Shown here: positions 17,201 through 26,461 of the stretch, piece after piece
Position numbering within the stretch: the stretch's first letter is position 1
Layout: each line of letters opens with the position of its first letter
Origin: a bacterium
GTDB lineage: Bacteria > Electryoneota > JAOADG01
Direction: 5' to 3'
NCBI GenBank assembly: GCA_963681965.1
Contig: OY820579.1
Coordinates: 2,528,001 to 2,592,000 of the forward strand
DNA: 64,000 nucleotides
Notes under the pieces: generated by a model
Databases searched by the model: none
What the model saw: the letters and a program-made list of their open reading frames with translations, nothing else
Told to the model about the DNA's origin: nothing
Program-made: the position numbers and the translations under genes

Positions 17201-19321
17201 ATGAAGAAACTACTGTACTTCTCCGGCATCAAACCGACCATCGAAGATCTCGAATTCCAACAGGACGGGATAGAACTGGCGTTGTCTTCGCTGCAATCCG
17301 ATCTGGTAAGTGATGGGATCGTGCGAGGACTATCGGTCGGGGAAGGCATGAATACCGGTGAATACGTTGTATCTCCCGGTGCCGCATTTGTTAAAGGAAA
17401 ACGAGTTGAAGTTCCGGAAGCGACGACTTTTCAATCTGCAGTGAACCGGTTTGTGGTATTGCAATACTCGCAGTCTACCAGTAATGAAGTATCACATTTC
17501 CTGACCGGTGAGAAACATGCAATTTACGGAGATGACAGTTTTGCTATTGAAGTTCGTAGTACCGATGCAATCACAGTCGGTGAAATACTGCTCGCGAAAA
17601 TCGAGTCGGATGGATCAGTATCTGATCTTCGCACTCCAGTTTCGCTACTAATTGATGAACGACTTCATTCACTGAACAGCGATACCCATACGATATCGCC
17701 GGTGTTCCGCATTGGTGGAGCAAACGGACCTGCCGCGTTAACGGTTGCAAATCTATTGTCCGAATCGCCCGAGCTGCGCAATTTGCTGCGTAATGGACTC
17801 GTCAATTATCTCGATGGTAAAGGTGACCAATTATTGTTAACCCGGAAGATTCCATCACAGCCGAATGCGCCGGTGCTGTTGCTTTCGAATGTCCAGCTCA
17901 AAGTGTATGGACAGTCCTCCCGATCCACTGAATTGTCGCTGGCACTCGATTCGTATCAAGCAGCCTCGATAACCGGACAGCAGTTATCTTCGCATGTGTC
18001 GGCGATTTCTGAACTGCGTTCACTGGTTGTTGCCAAACAAATCGCAGGTCTCACACTCGATCAACTTCGTGGCGACGTGACACTACCGGGTGGAACCTAT
18101 GATCATGAAGTTCGCATCCGAAAAAATGAACTAATCCGAAGCGGTGTGTTGGCGAATACTAGGTTGCCGGGAACGGTATCGGTATCGAGTGGTTCGCAAG
18201 TCTTGACTGGCATCGGAACCGCATTCGACAACAGCTATATCGGCAAGCGAATTCTGATTGATCCCGGTGCGACAGGAACTCCGGTAGAATTACTAATTTC
18301 GTCTGTTTCCGATGCGACTCACGCGTCACTTTCTTCGGCATCAACCGTCAACATTTCGAATGGGGTGTTCTATTTTGCCGATGTACCGGAGATTGGATTT
18401 GGTGGTTCGATTACAACGATTTCTGCGATGCTTGGCGGTATCGATGCGGTTAAATCCGGGAAAGAGCAGTCCCGTTCACTGGCGCTTCAACAGCAGACTG
18501 ACGCTGCCACGATTGTCAGCAGCCATGCCGTAAAACTATCGCAACCGGTCAGTAACCAGTATGGTCTATTTCTCACCTGGGCAAAACCCGTACTCGTGGA
18601 TCGCGAGGAGATTACCCACTATCTCGTCCGGGTTGTGGAGCTGATTTCCGATGCTGGTTCACTATCCAACAATCTGACTGTGGAAACCCTGGAAGCGAAT
18701 CATTCCGATCTGATTTTTCGGGTTGCCGAAAGCGTTACCAAGAAACGCCAGCAAATCGAAATCGATGATGCTGTCACGACTGTTGCCACAGGCTCCACCA
18801 CTCAGCAGATCGTTTATACCGGCAATGTGTCCATCGCATTGAATCAGCGCATCGTTATCGGAACCGAAAGCGCTATTGTTCGTTCGGTCGATCCGGCGAC
18901 CAAGACGATCCAGCTTCTAACACCTTTATCTATTGTACCCATCGCTAACACTCCCTTGGTAACGAAGAAATTACTGTTCGAATCCGATGTCCGGACGGAA
19001 AGTTTCTCACTTCCGGTAGAGCCGGGACAACGTTTGCTGTTGTTTGTTCGGGCTGTATCCGAGTACGGTGTAGCGTCCCAATGGAGCAACGCACTGGCAG
19101 TGGATGTGAATTCACTGGCAACAGGTAGTGGCAAAACGGTATCCCAGTTGGCGGAGAGTGAACGACAAACGCTTACCATTGCCAAACAGATCGAACGCGA
19201 ACAAGTAACTCGTGATCTTTCCGAACAACTCTTTGCCCTGCAACGCGCTATCGCTGAAGCACCAACACAGGAGCAACTCGACGCGATTGCCAGCTCGATC
19301 AGTACAGGAGCGGCACTCTGA
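17201..19321 (+). CDS. Baseplate-anchored tail fibre/adaptor protein
   Basis: 706 aa; N-terminal DGIVRGLSV..VSPGAAFVKGKRV anchor-like segment; GTVSVSSGS..GIGTAF fibre motif; FN3-like end motif VRAVSEYGVASQWS. Confidence 0.65.
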   Translation: MKKLLYFSGIKPTIEDLEFQQDGIELALSSLQSDLVSDGIVRGLSVGEGMNTGEYVVSPGAAFVKGKRVEVPEATTFQSAVNRFVVLQYSQSTSNEVSHFLTGEKHAIYGDDSFAIEVRSTDAITVGEILLAKIESDGSVSDLRTPVSLLIDERLHSLNSDTHTISPVFRIGGANGPAALTVANLLSESPELRNLLRNGLVNYLDGKGDQLLLTRKIPSQPNAPVLLLSNVQLKVYGQSSRSTELSLALDSYQAASITGQQLSSHVSAISELRSLVVAKQIAGLTLDQLRGDVTLPGGTYDHEVRIRKNELIRSGVLANTRLPGTVSVSSGSQVLTGIGTAFDNSYIGKRILIDPGATGTPVELLISSVSDATHASLSSASTVNISNGVFYFADVPEIGFGGSITTISAMLGGIDAVKSGKEQSRSLALQQQTDAATIVSSHAVKLSQPVSNQYGLFLTWAKPVLVDREEITHYLVRVVELISDAGSLSNNLTVETLEANHSDLIFRVAESVTKKRQQIEIDDAVTTVATGSTTQQIVYTGNVSIALNQRIVIGTESAIVRSVDPATKTIQLLTPLSIVPIANTPLVTKKLLFESDVRTESFSLPVEPGQRLLLFVRAVSEYGVASQWSNALAVDVNSLATGSGKTVSQLAESERQTLTIAKQIEREQVTRDLSEQLFALQRAIAEAPTQEQLDAIASSISTGAAL

Positions 19322-19944
19322 TGTCCGATGCCATTCTGAATCTATCGGGACTGCCACCAAAGCGCGCAGCAACACTGTTCGATCTGCTGGCACGTACTCG
19401 TCGCGATAGTAAATGGCAATCGATTCCGGTGCGGGTGGTATCAGTATCAGACGATGGAACGCTCACCATAAATGGTCTTCGGGATAGTCGGTATGCGTTG
19501 CTGTTTTCAGATCCGACTGCTATGTCGTTTTCCCGTTTCAAACTTGATGTTGGCGATAAATCGAAGTACCGGACGATCTATCTGAGTGATCCAATTCCGA
19601 CACCGGTATTGCAATCGGTTGTTGGTTCAGTTCGGCTTAATGAAATCATCGCCCGTTTGAGCTGGACAATCCAAAGTGATGTCGCCGTTACCGCGTTCGA
19701 TGTTTACTGGAAGTGTGAGAACGAACCAGCATTTACTCTCGCAAGTACAGTTGCTGATCGGACAGCACGATCCTGTGAAATATTCGGACTACAAGCCGAG
19801 AGCCGGTTTCGCTGGTACATCGTGGCACGAGGAGCTGGATCAATGAATCGTAAGTCGAATACTGTAGAAATGTTAACACCGGTCTCACCAGTCGCTGAAC
19901 CGAATTTGATCGTGAATGGAAATTTTGAGACTGCCATTTGGTAG
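19321..19944 (+). CDS. FN3-like domain tail protein ending in first strand of a CBM-like domain
   Basis: LSWT..FDVYW..GLQAESRFRWYIVAR..SN fibronectin-III pattern; terminal NLIVNGNFETAIW. Confidence 0.65.
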   Translation: MSDAILNLSGLPPKRAATLFDLLARTRRDSKWQSIPVRVVSVSDDGTLTINGLRDSRYALLFSDPTAMSFSRFKLDVGDKSKYRTIYLSDPIPTPVLQSVVGSVRLNEIIARLSWTIQSDVAVTAFDVYWKCENEPAFTLASTVADRTARSCEIFGLQAESRFRWYIVARGAGSMNRKSNTVEMLTPVSPVAEPNLIVNGNFETAIW

Positions 19945-19961
19945 TTAGGAGATGATATAAC

Positions 19962-22577
19962 ATGGCACAACCGATTAAAATTTCAACTGTCGAAAAACTG
20001 TTCGGCAACCAGTCGATGGAAATCAATCCGGATGGAAATGCCGGGAGTGTATTGACCGACCTGACTAAGACCAACTTTGTCAATCTACAAGGTTTGACAT
20101 CGGTTACAGTATCCGGGTACATCAATGCGAAGACATACACTGGCGGTTACATCGTTGCCCGGGCAGTGTTCTTCGATGTCAATGATGCACAGCTTGGCAC
20201 CCATGACTGGATAACACTTTCGGCAACTACTTCCGGATTCACCCGCTTCTACCAGACCTATTACCTGTCGCAAGCACCGGTTCCTGCCAATACCGTCAAG
20301 ATGAAATTGCAGTTCGGTGGTATCCAGAAAACCGGGGTCAATCCGAACTTCGATGCATTCATCGATGGAGTAAAAGTCGAGCAGGGCGACAAGCTCACCG
20401 CCTATACCGACTATACGCTGAAAGAAAACGATTCACTTGATCTGGTTGGCGATGGTGTCATTTTCAAAAAGATTACCGGTGTCAGCAGTAGCAATCAGGT
20501 CACCGCGAACTCAATTGAATCTGCTGCTGTTACTTCAGTGAAAATCGCCGATGGTGCAGTCGCCACAGCGAAAATTGCTGCCGGCGCAGTTACGACCAAT
20601 GAACTCGGTGCCAATGCAGTTACAACCGGTAAACTGGCGACTGGAGCCGTTACCAGTAACGAGCTGGCTGCCAATTCGGTCATTGATACGAAGATTGCTA
20701 GCAGTGCCGTAACCAATGCGAAAATCGCAACCAACGCGGTCGACAGCACCAAGATAGCTGACAGCTCGATCTCGACGGCTAAGATCAATGCTGGCGCAGT
20801 CGATGGAACCAAGATCGCTACCGGTGCAGTTGATAATGCACAATTAGCTAACAATGCGGTCGATAATTCAAAGATTGCGGATAGTGCAGTATCGAACACG
20901 AAGCTCCAGGACGGTGCAATTACCAATTTGAAGATCGCATCGGGATCGGTGGCTGAGGATCGTTTGAACACTGCGCTCACGACTAAACTATCCAAGCACC
21001 TTACGGACGGAAATTTCAAGGGCGATGTATTTGCCAGTGATGGTACTACTAAGCTCATCGATGCGACTACCGGAAAAGTAACGACTGCATTACAGACTTC
21101 CAGTGGTGCTTCGCTAAACGACCGGGTTGAGGCGATCTACAGCGATGTCTATAACAAGGATGTCGCACTCCCAGTCATCGATAAAAATGTCAACAAATCC
21201 TTGGTGCATGCCACCTACAAGACCTATCGTCCCGGAACGACCACAGCCGATCTGAACATTGGTGTTACCGGTGACGCCTGGGATAGTCTGTTCGATCTTA
21301 CCCGTGCTGATAATGGTGAGGATTTGCTCGATGCATCTGGTGCACCGATTAAAGTAGTTGCGTTGTGGGGAAAACAAACTAAAGCGAGTCCAATTTCGGC
21401 AGGCAGTGATCCGAATGGTGTCGGGGCTGGATGGTCTCGCAACGATGGTGATGGCACCACTAATTCGACCTGGTTTGAATTATCTGCGGTCCCGACTGCA
21501 AACTTCAACATCGTTTATTCTATCCGTAAGAAACTGTCTACGCTACAGACTCGCGACTTGGTTACCGTTGGTGTCATTAAAGGTGGTCAATCCGACGCCA
21601 ATATTACCGGCGCACTGCAGGATCTGAAGGGCACAACCAACTGGAACGATGCGGTTCCGAGTGGCCGGAAACTCACCGATCTTACCACGACCAAAGATGC
21701 CGGGGCAACCTATATCATTGCTGATGGTAAGGTTAAGGGAACCTCGATTGTCGCTGGTGAAGTCGGAACGACCCAGCTCGCTGATAATGGTGTCACCACC
21801 GCCAAGCTTCCCGATAACGCGATTACCACTCAGAAAATCAATGCCGGAGCGGTTACTGGTGCAAAGATCGCTTCGGCGACGATTACCGGTTCCAATGTTG
21901 CCAATGCGACCATAACTGGTACTCAGATTGCATCGAGTACGGTAACTGGCAGCAACATTGCCTCGGCAACCATTGCGCAGGGTAATCTCGCGAACAACAG
22001 TATCGGGTCCGCACAAATCGTCGATGCAAACATTACTACTGCGAAAATAGCGGCACTAGCAGTTGACAATACTAAACTCGCAGATGGATCTGTTACCAAT
22101 GCCAAGATCGGTGCAAATGCGGTTGATGCAGCCAAACTTGCGAATGGTGCCGTTGGAACGACTCAACTTGCCAACTTGGCTGTCGATAATACCAAGCTTG
22201 CCGATAGCAGTGTCGGTACGAGTAAGCTCGCAAACCTCGCGGTTGACTCAATCAAGATTGCTGACAGTGGTGTTACCACAGTGAAGATTGCGGCAAATGC
22301 GGTCGATGCCTCGAAAATTGCCTCGGGTGCTGTAGGAACCACTCAGCTTGCTAATAGCGCAGTTGATTCAACCAAGCTGGCAAACAATGCGGTCACTGCC
22401 GGAAAGATTGCGACAAACGCGGTTGTGAACGGCAATATCGCCGATGGTGCGATCACCGATACCAAGATTTCCGATGGATCGGTAACCACTGCCAAACTGA
22501 ATGCGACCGCGCTTTCGGTATTCGATGGTCGCAATCTGGTGCAGAATCCTTCGTTTGAATCGGGAGCGTGGGTCTGA
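19962..22577 (+). CDS. Long tail fibre with 10-aa repeats
   Basis: 871 aa, AGGAG RBS; N-terminal CBM-like domain; two blocks of AVT.AKIADG decamers; terminal NLVQNPSFESGAWV. Confidence 0.8.
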   Translation: MAQPIKISTVEKLFGNQSMEINPDGNAGSVLTDLTKTNFVNLQGLTSVTVSGYINAKTYTGGYIVARAVFFDVNDAQLGTHDWITLSATTSGFTRFYQTYYLSQAPVPANTVKMKLQFGGIQKTGVNPNFDAFIDGVKVEQGDKLTAYTDYTLKENDSLDLVGDGVIFKKITGVSSSNQVTANSIESAAVTSVKIADGAVATAKIAAGAVTTNELGANAVTTGKLATGAVTSNELAANSVIDTKIASSAVTNAKIATNAVDSTKIADSSISTAKINAGAVDGTKIATGAVDNAQLANNAVDNSKIADSAVSNTKLQDGAITNLKIASGSVAEDRLNTALTTKLSKHLTDGNFKGDVFASDGTTKLIDATTGKVTTALQTSSGASLNDRVEAIYSDVYNKDVALPVIDKNVNKSLVHATYKTYRPGTTTADLNIGVTGDAWDSLFDLTRADNGEDLLDASGAPIKVVALWGKQTKASPISAGSDPNGVGAGWSRNDGDGTTNSTWFELSAVPTANFNIVYSIRKKLSTLQTRDLVTVGVIKGGQSDANITGALQDLKGTTNWNDAVPSGRKLTDLTTTKDAGATYIIADGKVKGTSIVAGEVGTTQLADNGVTTAKLPDNAITTQKINAGAVTGAKIASATITGSNVANATITGTQIASSTVTGSNIASATIAQGNLANNSIGSAQIVDANITTAKIAALAVDNTKLADGSVTNAKIGANAVDAAKLANGAVGTTQLANLAVDNTKLADSSVGTSKLANLAVDSIKIADSGVTTVKIAANAVDASKIASGAVGTTQLANSAVDSTKLANNAVTAGKIATNAVVNGNIADGAITDTKISDGSVTTAKLNATALSVFDGRNLVQNPSFESGAWV
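20498..20966 (+). repeat. Degenerate 30-bp (10-aa) coding repeat block 1 in tail fibre
   Basis: AVTSVKIADG-AVATAKIAAG-AVTTNELGAN... periodicity. Confidence 0.85.
21731..22502 (+). repeat. Degenerate 30-bp (10-aa) coding repeat block 2 in tail fibre
   Basis: AVDNTKLADG-SVTNAKIGAN-AVDAAKLANG... periodicity. Confidence 0.85.
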
Positions 22578-23323
22578 TGAGTTACTTCGATACTGATAAT
22601 TCACATTCCGTGTTTGGTGGCAGTTCACTGCGGTTGGTCGGTGATTCGACCACACCGAATGTCATCACCGGACACAGCAATGATATTCCTGTTGCCAACC
22701 GGGATTCGGTTGTTATTTCCGCTTATGTGTTCGCTCCGGCAATTACTGCTGGCACATCATTCACAGGCAAAATAGAATACGTCGACAAGAACGGCAGCTC
22801 GCTCGGAAGTGGGGACTGGTTAAAACTTACATCATCGAACAGCCAGTTTACCCGGTACTATGCGATCAAGGATGTAACCACTTTTCCCAAGGATACCGTT
22901 GCCATCCAATTGTCATTCTCCCTAACCGAGAGTGCCGGGAAACCAACTGGTACGGTTTACGTCGACTGTGTTAAGTGTGAGTATGGCAACAAACTGACTG
23001 GATATTCCGAGTCAGTGTTCTATGAAGAAATCTACCAGCACATCGGTGGCTTCGGGATTTCGAAGATCGGTACATCACAAATTGACAAGGATGCTGTAAC
23101 CAGTGAACAACTAGCAATCGACTTTACCAGTCTGGAAAAAATAACTGACACCGCACTGCAGTTCGATGGTTCAATCCTGACCACCAACAAGCAATTGAAT
23201 GCTTGCGCTGGAATGTCAGCTAACGGGAAAACCGGCATTACACAAACAATCGATGTGCCGGATACTGGTGGCGGGAAATACACCATTGCTATTACCGATG
23301 GCATCATTACGAGCATCACATGA
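22577..23323 (+). CDS. Distal tail fibre / receptor-binding protein with CBM-like N-terminal domain
   Basis: ATG 22577 overlaps upstream TGA, with GGGAG RBS. N-terminal domain is paralogous to that of 19962..22577 (FG..S, DW..L...S.FTR.Y, D.VK.E.G.KLT.Y). C-terminal ITDGIITSI. Confidence 0.7.
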   Translation: MSYFDTDNSHSVFGGSSLRLVGDSTTPNVITGHSNDIPVANRDSVVISAYVFAPAITAGTSFTGKIEYVDKNGSSLGSGDWLKLTSSNSQFTRYYAIKDVTTFPKDTVAIQLSFSLTESAGKPTGTVYVDCVKCEYGNKLTGYSESVFYEEIYQHIGGFGISKIGTSQIDKDAVTSEQLAIDFTSLEKITDTALQFDGSILTTNKQLNACAGMSANGKTGITQTIDVPDTGGGKYTIAITDGIITSIT

Positions 23324-23607
23324 GCGAACCGGAACACATTGAACATTCTCAACTTGAGCCGCCATACTCCTGCCAGTACCACCTGGCAAAAATGGAGCAG
23401 GTTTCTCAACAACTAGCCGATCTACGCGATGCGGTGAAAGAACTAAACTCATCGATTAAAGGGAATGGTAAGGAAGGTATCATCGTCAAGGTGGACCGCA
23501 ACACCAACTTCCGGTTGCTGATGACGAAGCTGCTCTGGGTGTTATTTACGCCACTGTACGGTGGTTTGATCGCATTCGTTTTTCAACATTTTATGGCACA
23601 TCACTGA
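23320..23607 (+). CDS. Holin-like/hemolysin XhlA-like membrane protein
   Basis: Coiled coil, GNGKEG motif, single C-terminal hydrophobic helix; first gene of lysis cassette. Confidence 0.55.
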   Translation: MSEPEHIEHSQLEPPYSCQYHLAKMEQVSQQLADLRDAVKELNSSIKGNGKEGIIVKVDRNTNFRLLMTKLLWVLFTPLYGGLIAFVFQHFMAHH

Positions 23608-23614
23608 GGTAAGC

Positions 23615-24031
23615 ATGAGCCTATTAACTGCCGTGCCCATTGTGGGACAGATCATCGATAAAGCCGCCGGTATCATCGACAAGTGGGTGCCGGACAAAGA
23701 CCTTGCTGCAAAGTTGAATCACGACCTGCAGGCGCAGATGCTTTCGCTCGACTACAGTGCACTCGAAAAGGAAATCGATGCCAAGGCGAAAGTACTGGTC
23801 GCGGAAGTACAGGGACAGAGCTGGCTGCAACGCAACTGGCGACCATTGCTCATGCTCGTGTTCACATACATCGTTGCACACAATTTCGTGATCGCACCGA
23901 TCTTCGGTATCACGTCAGTACCCGTACCGGAGCAAATGTGGACATTGCTTAATATTGGCATTGGTGGTTACATCGTTGGGCGCAGCGCTGAGAAAATTGC
24001 GACTGTTGTGAAAAAGGATGATGCAAAATGA
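23615..24031 (+). CDS. Holin, 3TM (GTA-type) family
   Basis: SWLQRNWRP, GIGGYIVGRSAEK family motifs; two hydrophobic helices. Confidence 0.85.
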   Translation: MSLLTAVPIVGQIIDKAAGIIDKWVPDKDLAAKLNHDLQAQMLSLDYSALEKEIDAKAKVLVAEVQGQSWLQRNWRPLLMLVFTYIVAHNFVIAPIFGITSVPVPEQMWTLLNIGIGGYIVGRSAEKIATVVKKDDAK

Positions 24032-24594
24032 CCTTCGATGAAATTGAATTTGTTCCTGCTGCACAAGGAAATTATTCTTCACGTCCTCGTGGTACAGCGA
24101 TTGATACCATCGTCATTCATTACACCGCGAATGGCAGTATCGAGGATACGATTGCATGGTTTCAGAATCCGGCGAACAAAGTTTCCGCGCATTATGTAGT
24201 TGGTCTTGATGGTCAAATTGTTCTAATGGTGCCGGTTGCCAAGCGTGCCTATCATGCCGGTGTTTCATCATTGAGTGGTCGCACTGGTGTCAATGCATTT
24301 TCCATCGGTATCGAACTTGTCAACTGGGGTCCCATCAAACTTCGTGACGAATCCTTTTTCGCATGGCCTGGCGATTACACGCACCATTTTGAAGGGGATA
24401 CACCGTTACTTATCGCTGGCGAATACTGGCAACCCTACCCAGAACCGCAGCTAACTGCCCTGGAGCAGCTGATACAACTCCTCCGCGAAGAGCATCCAAT
24501 TCAGTGGATTGTGGGGCACAACGAGATAGCACCCGAACGCAAGATGGACCCAGGTCCAGCGTTTCCGTGGGAGCGTATTCGCTCCAACGTTTGA
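24028..24594 (+). CDS. Endolysin, N-acetylmuramoyl-L-alanine amidase (Amidase_2/AmpD-like)
   Basis: IVIHYT, VSAHY, AYHAG, SIGIEL, GHNEIAPERKMDPG. Confidence 0.93.
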   Translation: MTFDEIEFVPAAQGNYSSRPRGTAIDTIVIHYTANGSIEDTIAWFQNPANKVSAHYVVGLDGQIVLMVPVAKRAYHAGVSSLSGRTGVNAFSIGIELVNWGPIKLRDESFFAWPGDYTHHFEGDTPLLIAGEYWQPYPEPQLTALEQLIQLLREEHPIQWIVGHNEIAPERKMDPGPAFPWERIRSNV

Positions 24595-24751
24595 CCTTCT
24601 CTACACTTCCATAAACATCCATAATTACACCCCTTCTAATATCCTGTAAGCCTTACCAGTAAAGCGTTTGCAGGTATTGCCTTGACTTGACTTCGGCAAT
24701 CACTTCCTCGTAATGTGTTGCCAACGAGTTGTTCTAACACAAGGCAATACC

Positions 24752-25666
24752 ATGATATACACGATATACAACCAACGCTTCGGTGTCGAGATTGAGACTG
24801 TAGGATGCGAACGAGCCAAGATTGCCAAGGCAATTGCAGAAGTCGTAATCGGTCAGATATCACTTGATCCTACTGGTGCATACAACGCAACGCTGGTAAC
24901 GCAAACGGATGGCAGAATCTGGCGCATCCAAAACGACGCTTCGGTAGCAACAGTGAATGGAGTAAAGGGGTCGGAAATTATCTCACCGATACTCCTTTAC
25001 AGCGATATAGAGAATCTACAAAAGATAGTAAGAGCGGTTCGCAATGCGGGTTGTAAGACTTCATCCTCATGCAGTGTCCACGTGCATGTTGAGGGCGCTC
25101 CGCATACACCGCAAACGCTTAGCAACCTTGCCAAGCTCTATTACCGCAACGAGGATTTACTGTTTCAAGCGGTTGGAACATTGCCATCCCGCAAGGTGCG
25201 CTTCACCAAGCCGATGGAACAGGATTTTATCGACCGTATTGCCAGTAGTCGACCGACGACGATGGATGAATTTAACAAGTTGGTTTTCGGTCAATACACG
25301 CCGCATCCGGAACATTACAACAATAGTCGATACCGAGCGATCAACTGGGTGAATCTTTGGAGACCAATCAACACGGTCGAGTTTAGGCTCTACAATAGCA
25401 CGTTAAATGCCTTGAAGGTCACCGCCTGGGTGCAACTCTCGCTAGCACTGTCGGTACGCGCTCTCAACATGAAGCAGACAACCCATACCAAGATCAATAC
25501 CGACAATCCCAAGTTCAACTTCCGGGTCTTCCTTGTATCCTCACTTGGCATGATTGGCAACGAGTTTAAGTCGACCCGCAGCATCCTACTCAAGAATCTA
25601 CCGGGCAACAGCGCTTGGCGATACGGTAAGCCAGAAAATCATGTTGAGGTCGCCAATGCCAAGTGA
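24752..25666 (+). CDS. Putative amidoligase (Amidoligase_2 family)
   Basis: FGVEIE, DASV, EIISPIL, CSVHVHV, SRY, TVEFRL motifs. Possible promoter TTGACT(24687)-18nt-TAATGT upstream. Confidence 0.88.
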   Translation: MIYTIYNQRFGVEIETVGCERAKIAKAIAEVVIGQISLDPTGAYNATLVTQTDGRIWRIQNDASVATVNGVKGSEIISPILLYSDIENLQKIVRAVRNAGCKTSSSCSVHVHVEGAPHTPQTLSNLAKLYYRNEDLLFQAVGTLPSRKVRFTKPMEQDFIDRIASSRPTTMDEFNKLVFGQYTPHPEHYNNSRYRAINWVNLWRPINTVEFRLYNSTLNALKVTAWVQLSLALSVRALNMKQTTHTKINTDNPKFNFRVFLVSSLGMIGNEFKSTRSILLKNLPGNSAWRYGKPENHVEVANAK

Positions 25667-26111
25667 TACTTGCACCATACCGTATTTCGCGTACGGGGCG
25701 AATCTCAATCTGGTTGGAATGGACTGCCGTTGCCCTGGTCATCTTCCTCGCTGTATTGCATACATCGAAGATTACCAGCTCGTCTTTCGAGGTGTAGCAT
25801 CCATCGAGCCAGCGGAGGGACACCGGGTGTATGGCGCATTGTACTTACTCGATGAAAAACATCTTGCCGCACTTGACCGTTTCGAAGGATACCCGCGACT
25901 GTATCGCCGTGAGATTTTATCACTCCGCAAAGCCGGAAACAACCACCGTACGGAAGCATGGGTGTACCTCATGAATGCTGAACGCAACGATTATTACCCA
26001 CCATCCGGCGGATACCTGAGCACCATTATCGACGGCTGTCACGACTGGGGAATTCCCAATATATACATCCGTGAAATTCACTCAATCGCAAGGAGAAGCA
26101 AACAATGGTAA
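25656..26111 (+). CDS. Gamma-glutamylcyclotransferase-like (AIG2/GGCT) protein
   Basis: YFAYGANLN, LDRFEGYP.LY, PS..YL motifs; GAGG RBS. Confidence 0.9.
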   Translation: MPSDTCTIPYFAYGANLNLVGMDCRCPGHLPRCIAYIEDYQLVFRGVASIEPAEGHRVYGALYLLDEKHLAALDRFEGYPRLYRREILSLRKAGNNHRTEAWVYLMNAERNDYYPPSGGYLSTIIDGCHDWGIPNIYIREIHSIARRSKQW

Positions 26112-26374
26112 CCAAACACGAACTCGTGAATGACAATGCGGTCTTTGTCGGCTCAGCCGCCGAGATTGTCGAACAACTTCGCACGCAGGCATACTTCGAA
26201 CGGTCACTGCCGTTTCGCGAGTATATCTGCCAACTCGCAAATGTGGTCGAACAACTGACTAGCGCACAGATCGTCAAACCACTTTTCGAACAATCGGACA
26301 TGCTCGATGACAATCAATTGGCGGAGCATTTCGTTCAACACCTCATCGCAAATGGAATGTTCAAAGAAGCGTGA
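26105..26374 (+). CDS. Hypothetical protein (amidoligase operon)
   Basis: AGGAG RBS, overlaps GGCT stop. Confidence 0.65.
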   Translation: MVTKHELVNDNAVFVGSAAEIVEQLRTQAYFERSLPFREYICQLANVVEQLTSAQIVKPLFEQSDMLDDNQLAEHFVQHLIANGMFKEA

Positions 26375-26461
26375 ACGACTTGACAATTACACCCCGCAAC
26401 GTACATTGCGACCCCGCAATCCGGGCGGATTCCCAACAACCAAGCTAAGAAAGGAAGTACA

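Noticed and set aside
19920-19964. Frameshift or readthrough joining 19321..19944 to 19962..22577
   Set aside because: The downstream frame has TGA at 19953-55, readthrough of the TAG stays out of frame, and the downstream gene has its own AGGAG RBS.
17201-23323. Diversity-generating retroelement or invertible fibre cassette
   Set aside because: No reverse transcriptase, no TR/VR pair differing at adenines, and no inverted fibre-tip copies or adjacent invertase were seen.
1-24594. Tailocin or extracellular contractile injection system instead of a phage
   Set aside because: Capsid, protease/scaffold, neck genes and a long tape measure are present, indicating a complete virion.
24623-26395. 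Shared AATTACACCCC 11-mer in two intergenic regions (24623, 26385)
   Set aside because: A single 11-bp match is within chance expectation for this much sequence, and its position relative to the promoters differs.
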